From assembly GCF_009914755.1 (NCBI RefSeq), contig NC_060931.1: a stretch of 64,000 nucleotides of DNA. One strand, written 5' to 3'. The stretch comes from the human T2T-CHM13v2.0 reference genome, Homo sapiens. The notes beneath the pieces are model-generated. The model made no database searches and was not told where the DNA came from. It worked only from the letters and a program-made list of their open reading frames with translations. The translations under genes were made by a program, and so were the position numbers. Below, piece by piece: positions 1-14,886 of this stretch (its first letter is position 1; each line of letters starts with the position of its first letter).

Positions 1-2171
1 ATGATTGATGAGCGTGCCCAAGTTATCACTGATGAAAATCTGACACCAGAACAAGTCTATAATGCTTATAAAACATCACTGTTTTGTGTTACTGCCCCAG
101 GAAGACACTGACTACAGCTGATGAGAAAGCCCCTATAGGAATTAAGGATGCCAAGGACAGAATAACTGTACTGGGATATGCTAATGCAGCACACAAACAC
201 ATTGTAAACTTGCTGTGACAGGCAAAAGCTTATGTCTTCACTATTTTAAGGGAGTGGATTTCTTACCAGACTATTATTATGCTAACAAAAGTGCACAGAT
301 CACCAGGGACATATTTTCTGATTGGTGTTCCAGATGTTTTGTACCAGAAGTTCATGCTCACTGCAGGGAAGCTAAACTGGATGATGACTGCAAGATTTTG
401 TTACACGTGACAACTGTTCTATTCACCCTCCTGCTGAAATTCTCATCAAAAATGTTTATGCCATCTACTTTCCCCAAAATGTGACTTTATTAATTCAACC
501 ATGTGGCCAGGGTATCCTTAGATCAATGAAGAGTAAATATAAAAACACTTTCCTGAACAGCATGCTAGCAGCAGTGACAAGAGGTGTGGGTGTGGAAGGT
601 TTGCAAAAAGAGTTTAGCATGAAAGATGCCATACATGCTGTTGCCAATGCTTGGAAGACAATGACTAAAGATACAGTTTTGCATGCCTGCAACCTCTAAC
701 CTGTGACTATGTGCAGTGATGATGATGATGAACTAAGTAGTGACTTTGAAGGATTTCATATGTCAAGTGAGGAAAACATGAATGTCTGACCTTATATATG
801 CAAAATAATAATATATATGCATCAGTAAGCTGGAAGAAGTAGATATCAAAGAAGCTTTTAACATTGATAATGAGCCTCCAGTTGTTCATTCATTGACCAA
901 TGGTGAAATAGCTGAAATTGTTCTGGATCAAGATGATCACAATAATAGTGACGATGAAGATGATGTCATTAACACCAAAGAAAAGGTGCCTATAGAAGAC
1001 ATGGGTAAAACGTGTGATGGATTATTGAAGGACTAGATCAGTGTACATTCATAATTGAACAAATCATGTCAGTTTATAAAATGAAAGAGAAAATTCTAAG
1101 ACAAAAAACCATTGTTAATGAGACAGATAACTCTGGAGGAAATTTTCTAAAAAGCCATTTTGCAGATTGCCTCCCCATCCCTAGAACACCCACCTTCTGG
1201 TCCTTCAAGTGCTTCTGATGTTTCTTCTCACCTAAAAATAAATAAAATAAAATAAAATACCTGTACAGTGACTTTTTGTTTGTTTTGTTTTGTTTTTTGC
1301 TTTTTGTTTATTTGAGACAGAGTCTCACTCTGTCACCCAGACTGGAGTGCAGTGGTACGATCTTGACTCACTGCAGCCTCCGCCTCCTGGGTTCAAGTGA
1401 TTCTCCTGCCTCAGCCTCCTGAGTAGCTGGGACTACAGGTGCGCACCACCACACCCTGCTAATTTTTGTATTTTTAATAAAGACAGGGTTTCACCATGTT
1501 GGCCAGGATGGTCTTGATCTCCTGACCTCGTGATCTGCCCACCTCTGCCTCCCAAAGTGCTGGGATTACAGGTGTGAGCCACTGCGCCCAGCATACAGTG
1601 ACCTTTTAATGAAAACACAGCATCATAGGTGGAGACGGCAAGCATGCTGTTGTTTGTAGCTGCTGTTGTTTAGCAGCCAGTACAGATATTCTGGTGATGC
1701 AACTGTGCTGCTTTGTTATCCTGAACACATTATTTTTCAGTGTATTAATGGTAAGTCATTTTTTTTTACTGTTAAGTATTTATATGTGGATAAGTATAAG
1801 AAAATGATGGCTTTTTGGTAGCATATAAATTCAGAGTCAGGAACAATGGTGATGCCAAACAACCACATATTTCCACATGAGTGGCTGAGATGGTGACACC
1901 TTTGCTTTTGCATGGTTTAATGTATACAAACTTTGTTCATGCACAAAACTATTTAAAATATTGTGTAAAATTACCTTCAGGCCATATATATATATTATAC
2001 ATATATATATATATATGGTGTTTATGAAACATAAATTAATTTTGTGTTTAGACTGGGGTCCATCCCCAAAATATCCCTATTACGTATATGCAAATATTCA
2101 AAAATCTGAAAAAAATCAAAATCTGAAACATTTCTGGTCCTAAGCATTTTGGATAAGGGATATTCAACATG
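1..2171 (+). mobile_element. Tigger4 (Zombi)-type TcMar/pogo DNA transposon, 3' part with decayed DDE transposase; interrupted by an Alu
   Basis: Frame fragments ENLTPEQVYNAYKTSLF, FVPEVHAHCRE and LIQPCGQGILRSMKSKY resemble JRK/TIGD-like DDE_1 transposases. The right end reads (rev-comp) CATGTTGAATATCCCTTATCCAAAATGCTTAGGACCAG, a Tigger4-type TIR, followed by TA at 2172-2173. Confidence 0.8.
1273..1592 (-). mobile_element. AluS (Sc-like) inserted in Tigger4
   Basis: Alu dimer; TSD-like TACAGTGAC on both sides. Confidence 0.9.
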
Positions 2172-2180
2172 TAAAATCTA

Positions 2181-2579
<399 letters not shown>

Positions 2580-2895
2580 TCACACAAAATTTACCACAAA
2601 AACAAGGGACAGGAGTTGAGAAAATTGTTAGGTTTATGCTTTGGGGTTAAATATAGGTCTTGCATTTCAACATTTTATTTTTCATCTTTTATTACCCATT
2701 ATGATCAAAACTACCTGGCATGTACAAAACTATGGACTATGGAGTTAGATCCACATGCACTACCTGGCATGTATAAAACTATGGACTATAGAGTTAGCTG
2801 TCTGGGTTCCCAAAGCCAATGTTCAAAATAAATACATATGAACTTGACCAGAAGCACCTGCTTTTATCAGAAATACAAATGGCTGGTTTAAATAG

Positions 2896-3222
<327 letters not shown>

Positions 3223-4045
3223 TTTTTCTGGATATTTTAAATCCCTTGCCTATCATTATTTTAATTGTTTATATTATTAACAATATAAAATGTTCTTCCC
3301 AAACTAGACTCATATAGTTTTCTTTTTTTAATTTAGACAACAAATATTTACTGAACAACTATAATATGAAAACAATGACAATAAAGATGAACATGGTATT
3401 TCCCTTTGAAGATCTCATTATGAACAAGCATTCAAAAAAAAAAAGGAAAGATCATTTTGTGACCAATTATTGTGACCAATTATTTTGGAGTTAGGATGTG
3501 TGTTTAAGGGAATACCTGTGTGACTAATTTTGAGATGAGCAGTTAGGGAAAATGCGACTATAATTCATCCCTATAACTTTACAAACTGCGTTTATTCCTG
3601 TTGCATCTTACAATGAATGCTGTGCAGTTCCTTCTATCTGACAAGCATGGATGGATACTAGTCAAACATGCATTCACTCCAAATACAGCTTGCTAGTTAC
3701 AGAAATAATTTTAAATAATAATTTAGAAAACATACAAGTGAGTACTACACTTCACAAAAAATCTTTCTCAATAGATATCTGAATAAATAGTAAAAAAAAA
3801 AAAAACCTGCCCCAAAGTAATTTATGTTTTCAAAACAAAATAATAATGTTTTAAAGTGCTAAAACAAAGAGACAAATTAAAGAAGAGACTTCATGGAACG
3901 CTCAAGCTGTCTATTAGAATCTCTGCAGGAAGAGTCATTCTACCGAAATGGTAACCTAAGCTATCCCACAAAATTCTCATTTTCACTACCATGTTTTAAT
4001 TTTCTCCATAAAATTTACCACAGTTGTCATAATACATATGGCAGC

Positions 4046-6361
4046 TGATATGGTTTGACTGTGCCCCCACCCAAATCTCATCTTGTATTGTAACTCCCAC
4101 AATTCCAATGTGTTGCAGGAGGAACCCGGTGGGAAGTAATTGAATCATGGGGGCAGGTCTTTCCCATGCTGTTCCCGTGATAGTGAATAAGTCTCACAAG
4201 ATCTGATGGCTTTAAAAATGGGACTTTGCCTGCACAAGTTTTCTCTTTGCCTGCTGCCATCCACTTAAGATGTGACTTGCTCCTCCTTGTCTTCCACCAT
4301 GATTGTGAGGCATCCCCAGCCATCTGGAACTCTAAGTCCAATAAGCCTCTTTCTTTTGTAAATTGCCCAGTCTCGGGTATATCTTTATCAGCAGCATGAA
4401 AATGGACTAATAAGGTAAGTTGGTACCAGTAGACTGGGGTGCTGCTGAAAAGATACCTGAAAATGTGGAAGCAACTTTGGAACTGGGTAATAGGCAGAGG
4501 TTGGAAAAGTTTGGAGGGCTCAGAAGAAGACAGGAAAATGTGGGAAAGTTTCGAACTCCCTAGAGACTTGTTGAATGGCTTTGACCAAAATGCTGATAAT
4601 GACATGGACAATAAAATCCAGACTGAGGTGGTCTCAGATGGAGGTGAAGAATTTGTTGGGTACTGGAGCAAAGGTGACTTTTGTTATGTTTTGGCAAAGA
4701 GACTGGCAGCATTTTGCCCCTGCCCTAGAGATTTGTGGAACTTTGAACTCAAGAGAGATGATTTAGGGTATGTGGCAGAAGAAATTTCAAAGCAGCAAAG
4801 CATTCAAGAGGTGACTTGAGTGCTGTTAAAGGCATTTAGTTTTATAAGGGAAGCAGAGCATAAACGTTGAGAAAATTTGCAGCCTGACAATATGAAAGAA
4901 AAGAAAATCCTATTTTCTGAGGAGAAATTCAAGCCAGCTGCAGAAATTTGCATAAGTAACAAGGAGCTGAATGTTATTCCCCAAGACAATGGGGAAAATG
5001 TCTCCGGGGCATGTCAGACGTCTTCGTGGCAGCCCCTCCCATCACAGGCCTGGAGATCTAGGAGGAAAAAGTGGTTTCATAGGCTGGGCCCAGGGTCCCC
5101 ATGCTGTGTGCAGCCTAGGGACTTTGTGCCCTGTGTCCCAGCTGCTCCAGCCGTGGCAGAAAGGGAGCAATGTAGAGCTCAGGTCATGGCTTCAGAGGGT
5201 GCAAGCCCCAAGCCTTGGCAGCTTCCATGTGGTGTTGACCCTACGAGTGCAGAGAAGCCAAGAACTGGGGTTTGGGAACCTCCAACTAGATTTCAGAAGA
5301 TGTATGGAAATGCCTGGATGTCTATGCAGAAGTTTGCTGCAGGGGCGGGGCCCTCATAGAGGACCTCTGCTAGGGCAGTGTGGAAGGGAAATGTAGGGTC
5401 GGAGCCCCTGCACAGAGTCCCTACTGGGGCACTGCCTAGAGGAGCTGTGAGAAGAAGGCCACCGTCCTCCAGACCCTAGAATGGTAGATCCACTGACAGA
5501 TTGCACCACGCACCTGGAAAAGCAGCAGATACTCAACACCAGCCCATGAAAGTAACTGTGAGGGAGACTGTACCCTGCAAAGCCACAGGGGTGGAGCTGC
5601 CCAAGGCCATGGAAACCCATGTCTTGCATTAGCATGACCTGGATGTGAGACATGGAGTCAAAGGGGATCCTTTTGGAGCTTTAAGATTTGACTGGCCCAC
5701 TGGACTATGGACTTGCATGGGGCCAGTAGCCCCTTTGTTCTGGCCAATTTCGCCCATTTGGAATGGCTGTATTTACCCAATGCCTGTACCTCCATTGTAT
5801 CTAGGAAGTAACTAACTTGCTTTTGATTTTTTTACAGGCTCATAGGCAGAAAGGACTTGTCTTGTCTCAGATGAGACTTTGGACTGTGGACTTTTGAGGT
5901 AATACTGAAATGAGCTAAGACTTTGGAGGACTGTTGGGAGGACATGATTGGTTTTGAAATGTGAGGACATGAGATTTCGGAGGGGCCAGGGGCAGAATGA
6001 TATGATGTGTCCCCACCCAAATCTCATCTTGAATTGCAACTCCCACAATTCCAATGTGTCGTGTGAGGAACCTTTTGGGAGGTAATTGAATCAATGGGGG
6101 CAAGTCTTTCCCATGCTGTTCTTGTGATAGCAAATAAGTCTCATGAGATCTAATGGCTTTAAAAATGGGAGTTTGACTGCATAAGCTCTCTCTTTGCCTG
6201 CCACCATCCACATAAGATATGACTTGCTCCTCCTTGCCTTCCGCCATGATTGTGAGGCATCCAAAGCCATGTGGAACTGTAAGTCCAATAAACCTCTTTA
6301 TTTTGTAAGTTGCCCAGTCTTGGGTATGTCTTTATCAGCAGCATGAAAACAGACTAATACA
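4046..6361 (+). mobile_element. Full-length THE1 (THE1A/B-type MaLR): 5' LTR ~4046-4414, internal region, 3' LTR 5998-6361
   Basis: Two direct LTRs beginning TGATATG, the 3' one ending GACTAATACA. THE1-int sequence between them. Perfect 5-bp TSD GCAGC (4041-4045, 6362-6366). Confidence 0.93.
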
Positions 6362-6399
6362 GCAGCCTATCATAATGATTAAGAGTACTGTGTAGAGCC

Positions 6400-6630
6400 T
6401 CCTGGATCATTTAGATGAACATACTTTGATTTTCAATGTGAGTGAAAGAGGAAGCATTAGAGGGTTCAAGTAGAGAAATGAAGTGATCTGACTTATAAAA
6501 GGATCACTGGATGCTCTGTGGAGAATAGATAGTACTGAAGCAAAGACAGGAACAAGAAGACCAAGCAAAAAATGGTATGATCAAGAGGTGGTGATGATTT
6601 GGAGCTGGGAGTGGCAGTGGAGGTAGCAGG
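6400..6630 (-). mobile_element. L2 fragment
   Basis: Purine-rich L2-like motifs (gtgatctgactta...aaggatcact, gtggagaataga). Confidence 0.5.
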
Positions 6631-7685
6631 CAGTGGACTTCAATCTTTAGCATCTGAGGCAAAGACAGCAAACAGCCTATAGAGAATGTTCAACCAGCTC
6701 CCACAATTACAGAAGGTCAGATCCCTTTAATAAATCCCTTTCTTAATAAATAGAAGAGGGAGAGAGGAGTGTGGGGGGGACAGGAATAGAAGATGGGAAG
6801 GGAGAGGGAATATTTATGTGTGTATATATATATATAATACATATTATATTTATGTATGTATGTATCTCTCCTCATAATTCTACTCTCTGGATCCTGAATG
6901 ATACAGGAAGCGAGGAAATAAAAGAAAGATAATCTAATCACTGATTTGCTGGGAGTAGGGAAGTCTAAAGGAGATGGAAGAATTAGGCATGACTGAATTG
7001 GATGACTGGATGGATGGTGGTGGCATTCATGACTCATGTAGTTTTGTTGAAGCTTTTTACTTTTAAAGTGCATGTCTTCACCTCGCTGTAGGTAAAAATT
7101 ATCTATAGATTTTATGAAAATTTTAGTTGAATATAGAATTTAATGTGTATACATCTCAGAGAGTAAATTAATAGTAAGTATAACCCTTCCTTAGGGCAGG
7201 TGGATATGCACGTTATATATAAATACTTAAGGACCATCTAAAGATGAGATATGTTCATGAAAATTCTAGGGCATGTACAGAACAGGCATATATGTCATAA
7301 CATCAGTAAGTACTGCCTGAATAAATGAAAATAAGAGATCTCAGAAGGTTTGTGAGTCTTAAAAATGTGTTGTATTCTATATATATATATATATATATAT
7401 TTTGTTTACTACATGGGATACTCCAAGAGGGACAGAAATTACTAAGTCTGTTACTGTTCACATTACCCCAAAATGACAAAGTCAATCTGCATTTCTTCAG
7501 CTTTCATAGAAATCTATTTAACATTATGTTCTTAAACTTTTGCCAAAAGCCTATGTGGAAATGACCACATGAGGAATGCTTTGGTATTTTTTATAAAATT
7601 GCAATTTGATGATAATTGTGTTTGTTCAGCGTCCTTAACAAGATCTATGTGGTAAATTCTTGTTAGAGTTGAATGCTAGGCAATA

Positions 7686-7955
7686 TTTCTTTCTTTCTTT
7701 TTTTTTTTTTTTGAGATGGAATCTTGCTCTGTCACCCAGGCTGGAGTGCAATGGCACGGTCTCGGCTCACTGCAACCTCCGCCTCCCGGGTTCAAGCAAT
7801 TCTCCCTGCCTCAGCCTCCCAAGTAGCTGGGATTACAGGCACCCACCACCATGCCCAGCTAATTTTTGTATTTTTAGTAGAGACAGGGTTTCGCCACGTT
7901 GGCCAGGCTGGTCTCGAACCCCTGACCTCAGGTGATCTGCCCACCTCGGCCTCCC
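7686..7955 (-). mobile_element. AluS, truncated
   Basis: Alu consensus. Confidence 0.9.
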
Positions 7956-9139
7956 GAGGTTTTCTGCTAAATTTTAACAGCCATTCACTCTTAAGTTTTC
8001 AGGTTAGTAATTCACTATCCCTACACCTTCCAGTCCTACCACCTTATTCCTAAACTGAATGTTGTTCTTTTTCTCTTGTGTTTTTTTAAAAAAAATGACT
8101 CTATATTTTATTATAAACTACTTCAAATCTTTTCAGAATGAATACAGATAAATAATTATACATTGTGAAACTTAATCTAAATTAAAATTTTCTTAATTTA
8201 GCAATTCTTATAATAGAAGCTAAAATTACGTCTGGGTACATAATGTTAAAGCTTAAATTTGAAGAAAACTCTTGATAAACAATACTCTAACAGAAGAGGT
8301 AAATGCTGGGAATGTCTGTTTATTTAGTAATCTACTGCCATACTGTAGTGGCAGTATAATGGTTGTTAACGTCAAACATGTCAAACAACTCCGAATGGAA
8401 ATATGCCCACCGTTAACAGGATGCCACGTATTCCAAATACTCTATTTCTTTAGTTATTGCTATAAATCATTTTATTTTACACCAAAATTTTCAAAAATCT
8501 TAATTCTTCCCTGGATTTATAGTAGAAAAAAATAAATCTGAAATATTTCTGGGTGTGGTCTCTGAAGGTTTTATCTGGATGTAGTCTTGTGAGGTTGATT
8601 TTGATTAACTGAATATTTGAAGCCATCTTGAAATATGATCCTTGTCTGTCCAAGAGCTATGTAAATTTTTGTTGTCCTTGAGAACACCCCAGTGATCACT
8701 TTATTGGAGCATTCTCCTCGACTCAGCCTTAGTGACATGCATGCGTCAGAAGGGCTTTAGGTACAGAAGCCACTGTGTAAGAACTAGAGCACCTGTGCAC
8801 TCACACGTAGACATTTCCATGATACTCTTGGTTCTAATAAAATTAGAAGTCAAATCTTCTGATCACATCATTTGTGAACTCTGAACTGGCTACATATGAA
8901 TAAGAGAATATCAAGCATTAATACGAGTGGTGGGAAGTATAAATGCAAGAACAAAAATGAGAAGAAATTGCCCTCTGAGTGCTGACACCAGATCATTTTT
9001 GGCCTCTCTTAAATAAGCTAAGCCTCTTCTGGGCCAGTTCCAAGAGCACCATGAAAGAAGGCCAGTTCTAAAATTAATACTCTGCTGATCATTTAATCAT
9101 TTCATAAAAATTGAATGATCAAGTGATTGAAAATAAATG

Positions 9140-9470
<331 letters not shown>

Positions 9471-9689
9471 TATCTTCATTTTCTTTTTGGCTTTCTATTC
9501 AGGAACCCATGTTACTTAAGCAACTCTATTCTTGCAAAAGAAAGTCAATCATACCCCTGACTTAGAAAATCATTAAAACACATACATGTGCTGAGAAAAG
9601 TATGCTGGTGAGGAATACCTGAAAGATATGATATCAATTCATTCCTTTAGATAAGCAGTCACAGACACGGATTAATTTAGCCCTTGGAA

Positions 9690-9990
9690 TTATTTTGTTT
9701 GACCCACACAGTATTTAAAAATAATTTAGCCAACACTGAAAAATTGAGGTGTCAGATATAGAAGATCTGGCAACATTGTAATGGTATCCCCACACGGCAA
9801 CAACTGCTGGAGCTAAAACATGGCTGCTGCTCCATTTAGTTAGGGCCGGGGTTTTCCAGTGGTCACAATCCGCATACACACACTCATACACACGCACATG
9901 TACACCATCATCTCATAGGCAGCAGGCTTTACTCACTAAATTACTTACCTGGCCCCTGTAGTCATCTGCATTTGTGATTCCTATAAATAT
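9690..9990 (+). mobile_element. Ancient hAT-Charlie-like MER fragment (subfamily unresolved)
   Basis: Motif gaagatctggcaaca...ggcaacaactgctggagc; a related copy lies at ~28890-29190. Confidence 0.4.
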
Positions 9991-10651
9991 CCTAGTCAGT
10001 CAGATCAGCAGAGAACTGCATGCCAGGATCACATCATGCTGCTGCCGTTTGTGTCAGTATTATTTTTACCAGTTTTACTCTGGTGGTTTTCATCAGCCTA
10101 TATTTAGGGATATTAGCAAACAACCTTAAAACCTCTGTATTCAGCTATAGTTAGTGTAGACTGCATGTTCTTTACAAAGCAGTATCTTCTGTGAGAATCT
10201 TCAGGAGAAATTTTCTTCTGGCTTTATTAAGAGTACTAGTTACGCTTGTCCACAGCAATTTGTTTGCTTTTCCCTCATAAAATGTGTATCTTGTGTATCT
10301 CATCAGCTTAGTCTCTTCTTACAGATTGCTAGAAAGTCTAGAGGCTAATTTGCAGCCTATTCTTAGCAAGTGTATAGGGCTCAATGGTGTATGTGCACTC
10401 TTGGCTGCATCTTATACCAACTCTTGTTCTTTGCTTCAGTCTTTTCTCTCACTGTATTTAAAAAGCAACATCATATTTTAATAGAAGAAAATAAAAAGAA
10501 GACAGCAAAAAATGAAAAACCTAGAGAATTGTTTTTACTATTTAGTTTTTAAAGAAAAGTAATACATAGCAATAGTTAGAAGATTCAAATAGTATAAAGA
10601 ATAAATTAAAAATCTTCCCCCCGTTCCTTTTCTCAAAGGTAACCACCTGCA

Positions 10652-10652
<1 letters not shown>

Positions 10653-10699
<47 letters not shown>
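10653..10699. repeat. (CA)n microsatellite
   Basis: About 23 perfect dinucleotide units. Confidence 0.95.
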
Positions 10700-10700
<1 letters not shown>

Positions 10701-11251
10701 TTATATTTACATATCAAAGCATAGACACATCCTCAAGGGAGCAAAAGAAGTTCCCTTTCAAATTTTTAGCATTTTATGGGAAATAGTTTAGGTATATTTT
10801 TAGGAATGCTATTTTCTTGCTCTGAATATTATAATTATTTTATAATAATTCACAGTACTAGATTTTCTTTCAAGTGAAAAAATATTTCATGAAAATATTA
10901 TTTATAGGACAATTAGGAAAAGAAGAATATTTGATAATACTAAAAAGTTACTCTTGTTTTTTGGATCTGCAAAATGACAGTATGATTATGTTTCAGTGGT
11001 GGAGTCCTTGTCTTTTAGATAAATGTACTAAATATTTTCAGATAGAATATGCTACTTAGGACTTCAAATAATCTGAAGTACAGAGAAAACAAAATTAGTC
11101 AGTTGATCATTGTTGAAGCAGAACAATACATATATGGGCTTTATTATACTGTTCTAGCAGAGTATATGTTTGAAATCTTCCACAATAGAAAGCTTAAAAA
11201 CTTCATAGGTATATTACATTTATTTGAAATGTGATAAAATTGAGTTCTTAA

Positions 11252-11650
<399 letters not shown>

Positions 11651-11659
11651 CCCAGAATG

Positions 11660-11830
11660 CAATTTTTTTAATAACAGTTTTGTCGAACTATAATTCACAT
11701 ACCATGAAAAATGCACCTTTTTCAAGTGTATCTCCAGTGGTTTTTAATATTTACAGAGTTACGCAACCATCACCACAATCTAATTTTAGAACATTTTCAT
11801 CAACCCAGAAACCCCATGCCCATTAGTAGC
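11660..11830 (-). mobile_element. L1M 3'-end fragment
   Basis: tataattcacatacc...gcaaccatcaccacaatctaattttagaacatttt motif. Confidence 0.65.
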
Positions 11831-12519
11831 CCAGCACTGCAATTTGATTGCAGTATCACTGCACTGTCATCTGTCTTTTTAAATTTTTTTTCTCTACTCT
11901 TCTGCGCTGATATCTAATTATCTTTAAAGCATTTGTCCTATCAGAAGAGTAAGATCTCAACTGTGGCAATTCCTTTCTTCTTACCTCTTCATCACACCCA
12001 CAACATAAAAAGAACAGCCACCTACAGTAGGCTGCAGTGAGTGTTCCCAAGTATAGGCTTCCTAAAAGAGGATTATGTAGGGAGTGGCCATATGTCATGC
12101 ATTGGCCAATGGAGTGTGAGCAGACATGATACACAAAATGTCTGAGCAGTAGTTTTGTAAGACATTGTGAGTTTCTACCAGCCCTCTTGTTTTCATTTGG
12201 TTAAAATGTCAACCTTAATTTCACTTGTGAACGTGGTTATCCATTGGTGGCAGCCTGGTTATTCAGTTGCTTGATTTTTTGGGTGGGAAGGGAACAGGAG
12301 TGTGGGGTGAGGGTGTCTGCTATGCTTTTCTCATTGAAAAAATAAAGGAAGTCATGCTTTTATCCTGGTTCCAGTTCCTGTTTATAGGCTAAAGATGGAA
12401 TTGTCATTATGCTGTGGAAACGGCTTATGTATTCTTTTCCTTCCACTCTTTCATGAACAGGATATGGCATAGAGGGATTTTTGCTTAGTTCTGGGATGTT
12501 AGAATGTTTACATGTGAAC

Positions 12520-13040
12520 AACTATAATCAAAAGTGAATTTCAGGGTAAGTTGGTATGGCTTTTGTGGAAGGCAATTTGGTAGTATTTAAAAGAATTTTT
12601 AAAGATACTATTTAACATAAATTATAGAAATTTATTCTATAGAAACACTTTTACATTTATTCAAACATCTATAAGTAAGAGTATTCACCAAAATGAAAAG
12701 ATTTAAATGTCTTTCAATAAGAGTATGGTTTAATAAGTTATGGTACATTCGTATTGTGAAATACTGTATGATGTATTATTTTGAAAAAGATGTAGATTTA
12801 TATGTGCTGAAAAATTTTTAAAACCCTGTATGATTTTTGTATATTTACACAAATATATGTGTTGACACATACATACATATGTGTGCATGTATAGATATAT
12901 ACACATACATATATATGTACAGAGAGATATATAACATTTATAAATGTTTTAAAAACAGATTAAAAAGTATCTGGAAAAATCATATTAAAGCAGAATTGAA
13001 TGGGAGGTTAAGAGAGATTTTCACTCTTTATGTATTTTAC
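12520..13040 (+). mobile_element. Old L1ME-like fragment
   Basis: ggaaggcaatttgg, aataagttatggtacattc motifs; highly diverged. Confidence 0.5.
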
Positions 13041-13044
13041 GTTT

Positions 13045-13347
13045 TTTTAATTTTATTTATTTATTTTTGAGACAGAGTCTCGCTCTGTCACCCAGGCTGG
13101 AGTGCAGTAGCCCAAACACAGCTTGTGCAGCCTCTACCTCCCAGGCTCAAGTGATCCTCCCACCTCAGCCTCTCAAGTAGCTGGGACTGCAGGTGTGCAC
13201 CACCATGCCTGGCTACTTTAAAAAAATTTTTTTTTTTTTGTAGAAGCAGGGTTTCCCTATTTTGCCCGGGTTGGTTTCGAATTCCTGGGCTCCTTCCTCA
13301 ACTTCCCAAAGTGTTGGGATTACAGGCATTAGACACCATGCTCAGCC
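13045..13347 (-). mobile_element. AluJ
   Basis: AluJ-type ctcaagtgatcctcccacctcagcc. Confidence 0.85.
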
Positions 13348-13402
13348 TTTACATTCTTTAAAAAACTATTTATAATGAGTGTATTTTACTTTATTTCGTT
13401 CA

Positions 13403-13651
<249 letters not shown>

Positions 13652-13789
13652 TTATCTAAGTAAATCTGAAGTGATTTGGGGGGGGGATTCCAATAGATTT
13701 TAGGGTCTTCAAGTTTTATTACATAGCAAGCTCATTTCTATTTAGATAGTGTGTTTACTTATTTAGACGGTATTATGTTTAATATGGCT

Positions 13790-13960
13790 GGGTGAGGGCT
13801 GACAGTAGGAAGGCCTCCTCCAGCCACTCCTTGGCACTACCTGTTTCATCACTTTGGGCAAATTATTTTAACCTCTTGAAGCCTCAGTTTCCTCATCTGT
13901 AAAATGATGTTAGACTACGTAATTTTAAGAACTTTTGCCCAGCTTTCAGATTCTATAATT
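13790..13960 (+). mobile_element. MIR
   Basis: MIR core gcctcagtttcctcatctgtaaaatg. Confidence 0.75.
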
Positions 13961-14585
13961 CTGGTATTTTGTGACATCCAAAACTCAAATGAGGAAAACA
14001 TTAGTTAGAGGGGCATGGTTATTAATTGTGATTTGTGACTGCACTTTACATAAACTCTGGATTTAAAAGATGCTATTAATTTTACATTTCCATTAACAGA
14101 AGGGAATACTGTTGTGAATTATCCAGAATAGCATAATTTAAAAGTCATTTATAGTTAGCTTTAGCATATCTTAAAGTATCAGATGATTTCTGAGCAAATA
14201 TAATAATTTTTATTATGTTTTAATATTAAAATGATTCTCCATTCTCTAAGTGACATTTGTAGGCAATATGATAAACCTGTAAATGTTTTGAATAAAATTA
14301 AAAAATGTAGAAAGCTAAAAGTTGACTTAACCTAGAAATGTTACCAAAAATTGCAAATACCTTGTTCAGTGTTGAAACACAACTGTGAATATGTAGGCAG
14401 CACTTCACGGTGATTAACAGCATCAATGTTACTGTCAGACAGACCTGAAGCTACCTCATGTAAGTTATCTAAGCTCTTTGAATTTTAGTTGCCATATCTA
14501 TAAAATGGGACTGAAACATTGTACCTATTTTGTAGGAGGTGATTTGTAACAGGTGATTTGAAAATTAAATTAAATTAAATTATAA

Positions 14586-14886
14586 GGCTAGGTGCAGTGG
14601 CTCACCCCTGTAACCTCAGCAATTTGGGAGGCTGAGGTGGGCAGTTCACCTGAGGTTGGGAGTTGGAGACCAGCCTGGCCAACATGGTGAAACCCTGTCT
14701 CTACTAAAAATACAAAAATTAGCCAGGCGCAGTGGCATGCACCTGTAGTCCTAGCTGCTTGGGAGGCTGAGGCAGGAGAATCGCTTGAACCTGGGAGGCA
14801 GAGGCTACAGAGAGCTGAGATCCCATCATTTCACTCCAGCCTGGGCAACAGAGCGAGACTCTGCCTCAAATAATAAATAAATAAAT
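14586..14886 (+). mobile_element. AluSx-like, inserted in a MIR (~14400-14945)
   Basis: Alu consensus; MIR core (atctataaaatggga) before it and MIR tail (aaagcacccagtacagtg) after it. Confidence 0.88.

Noticed and set aside
4300-6275. PRDM9 hotspot 13-mer in THE1 LTRs
   Set aside because: The corresponding positions read GCATCCCCAGCCAT and GCATCCAAAGCCAT, which do not match CCNCCNTNNCCNC.
4078-6344. ORFs of 100-197 aa
   Set aside because: They derive from the THE1 LTRs and the decayed internal ORF, broken by stops and frameshifts.
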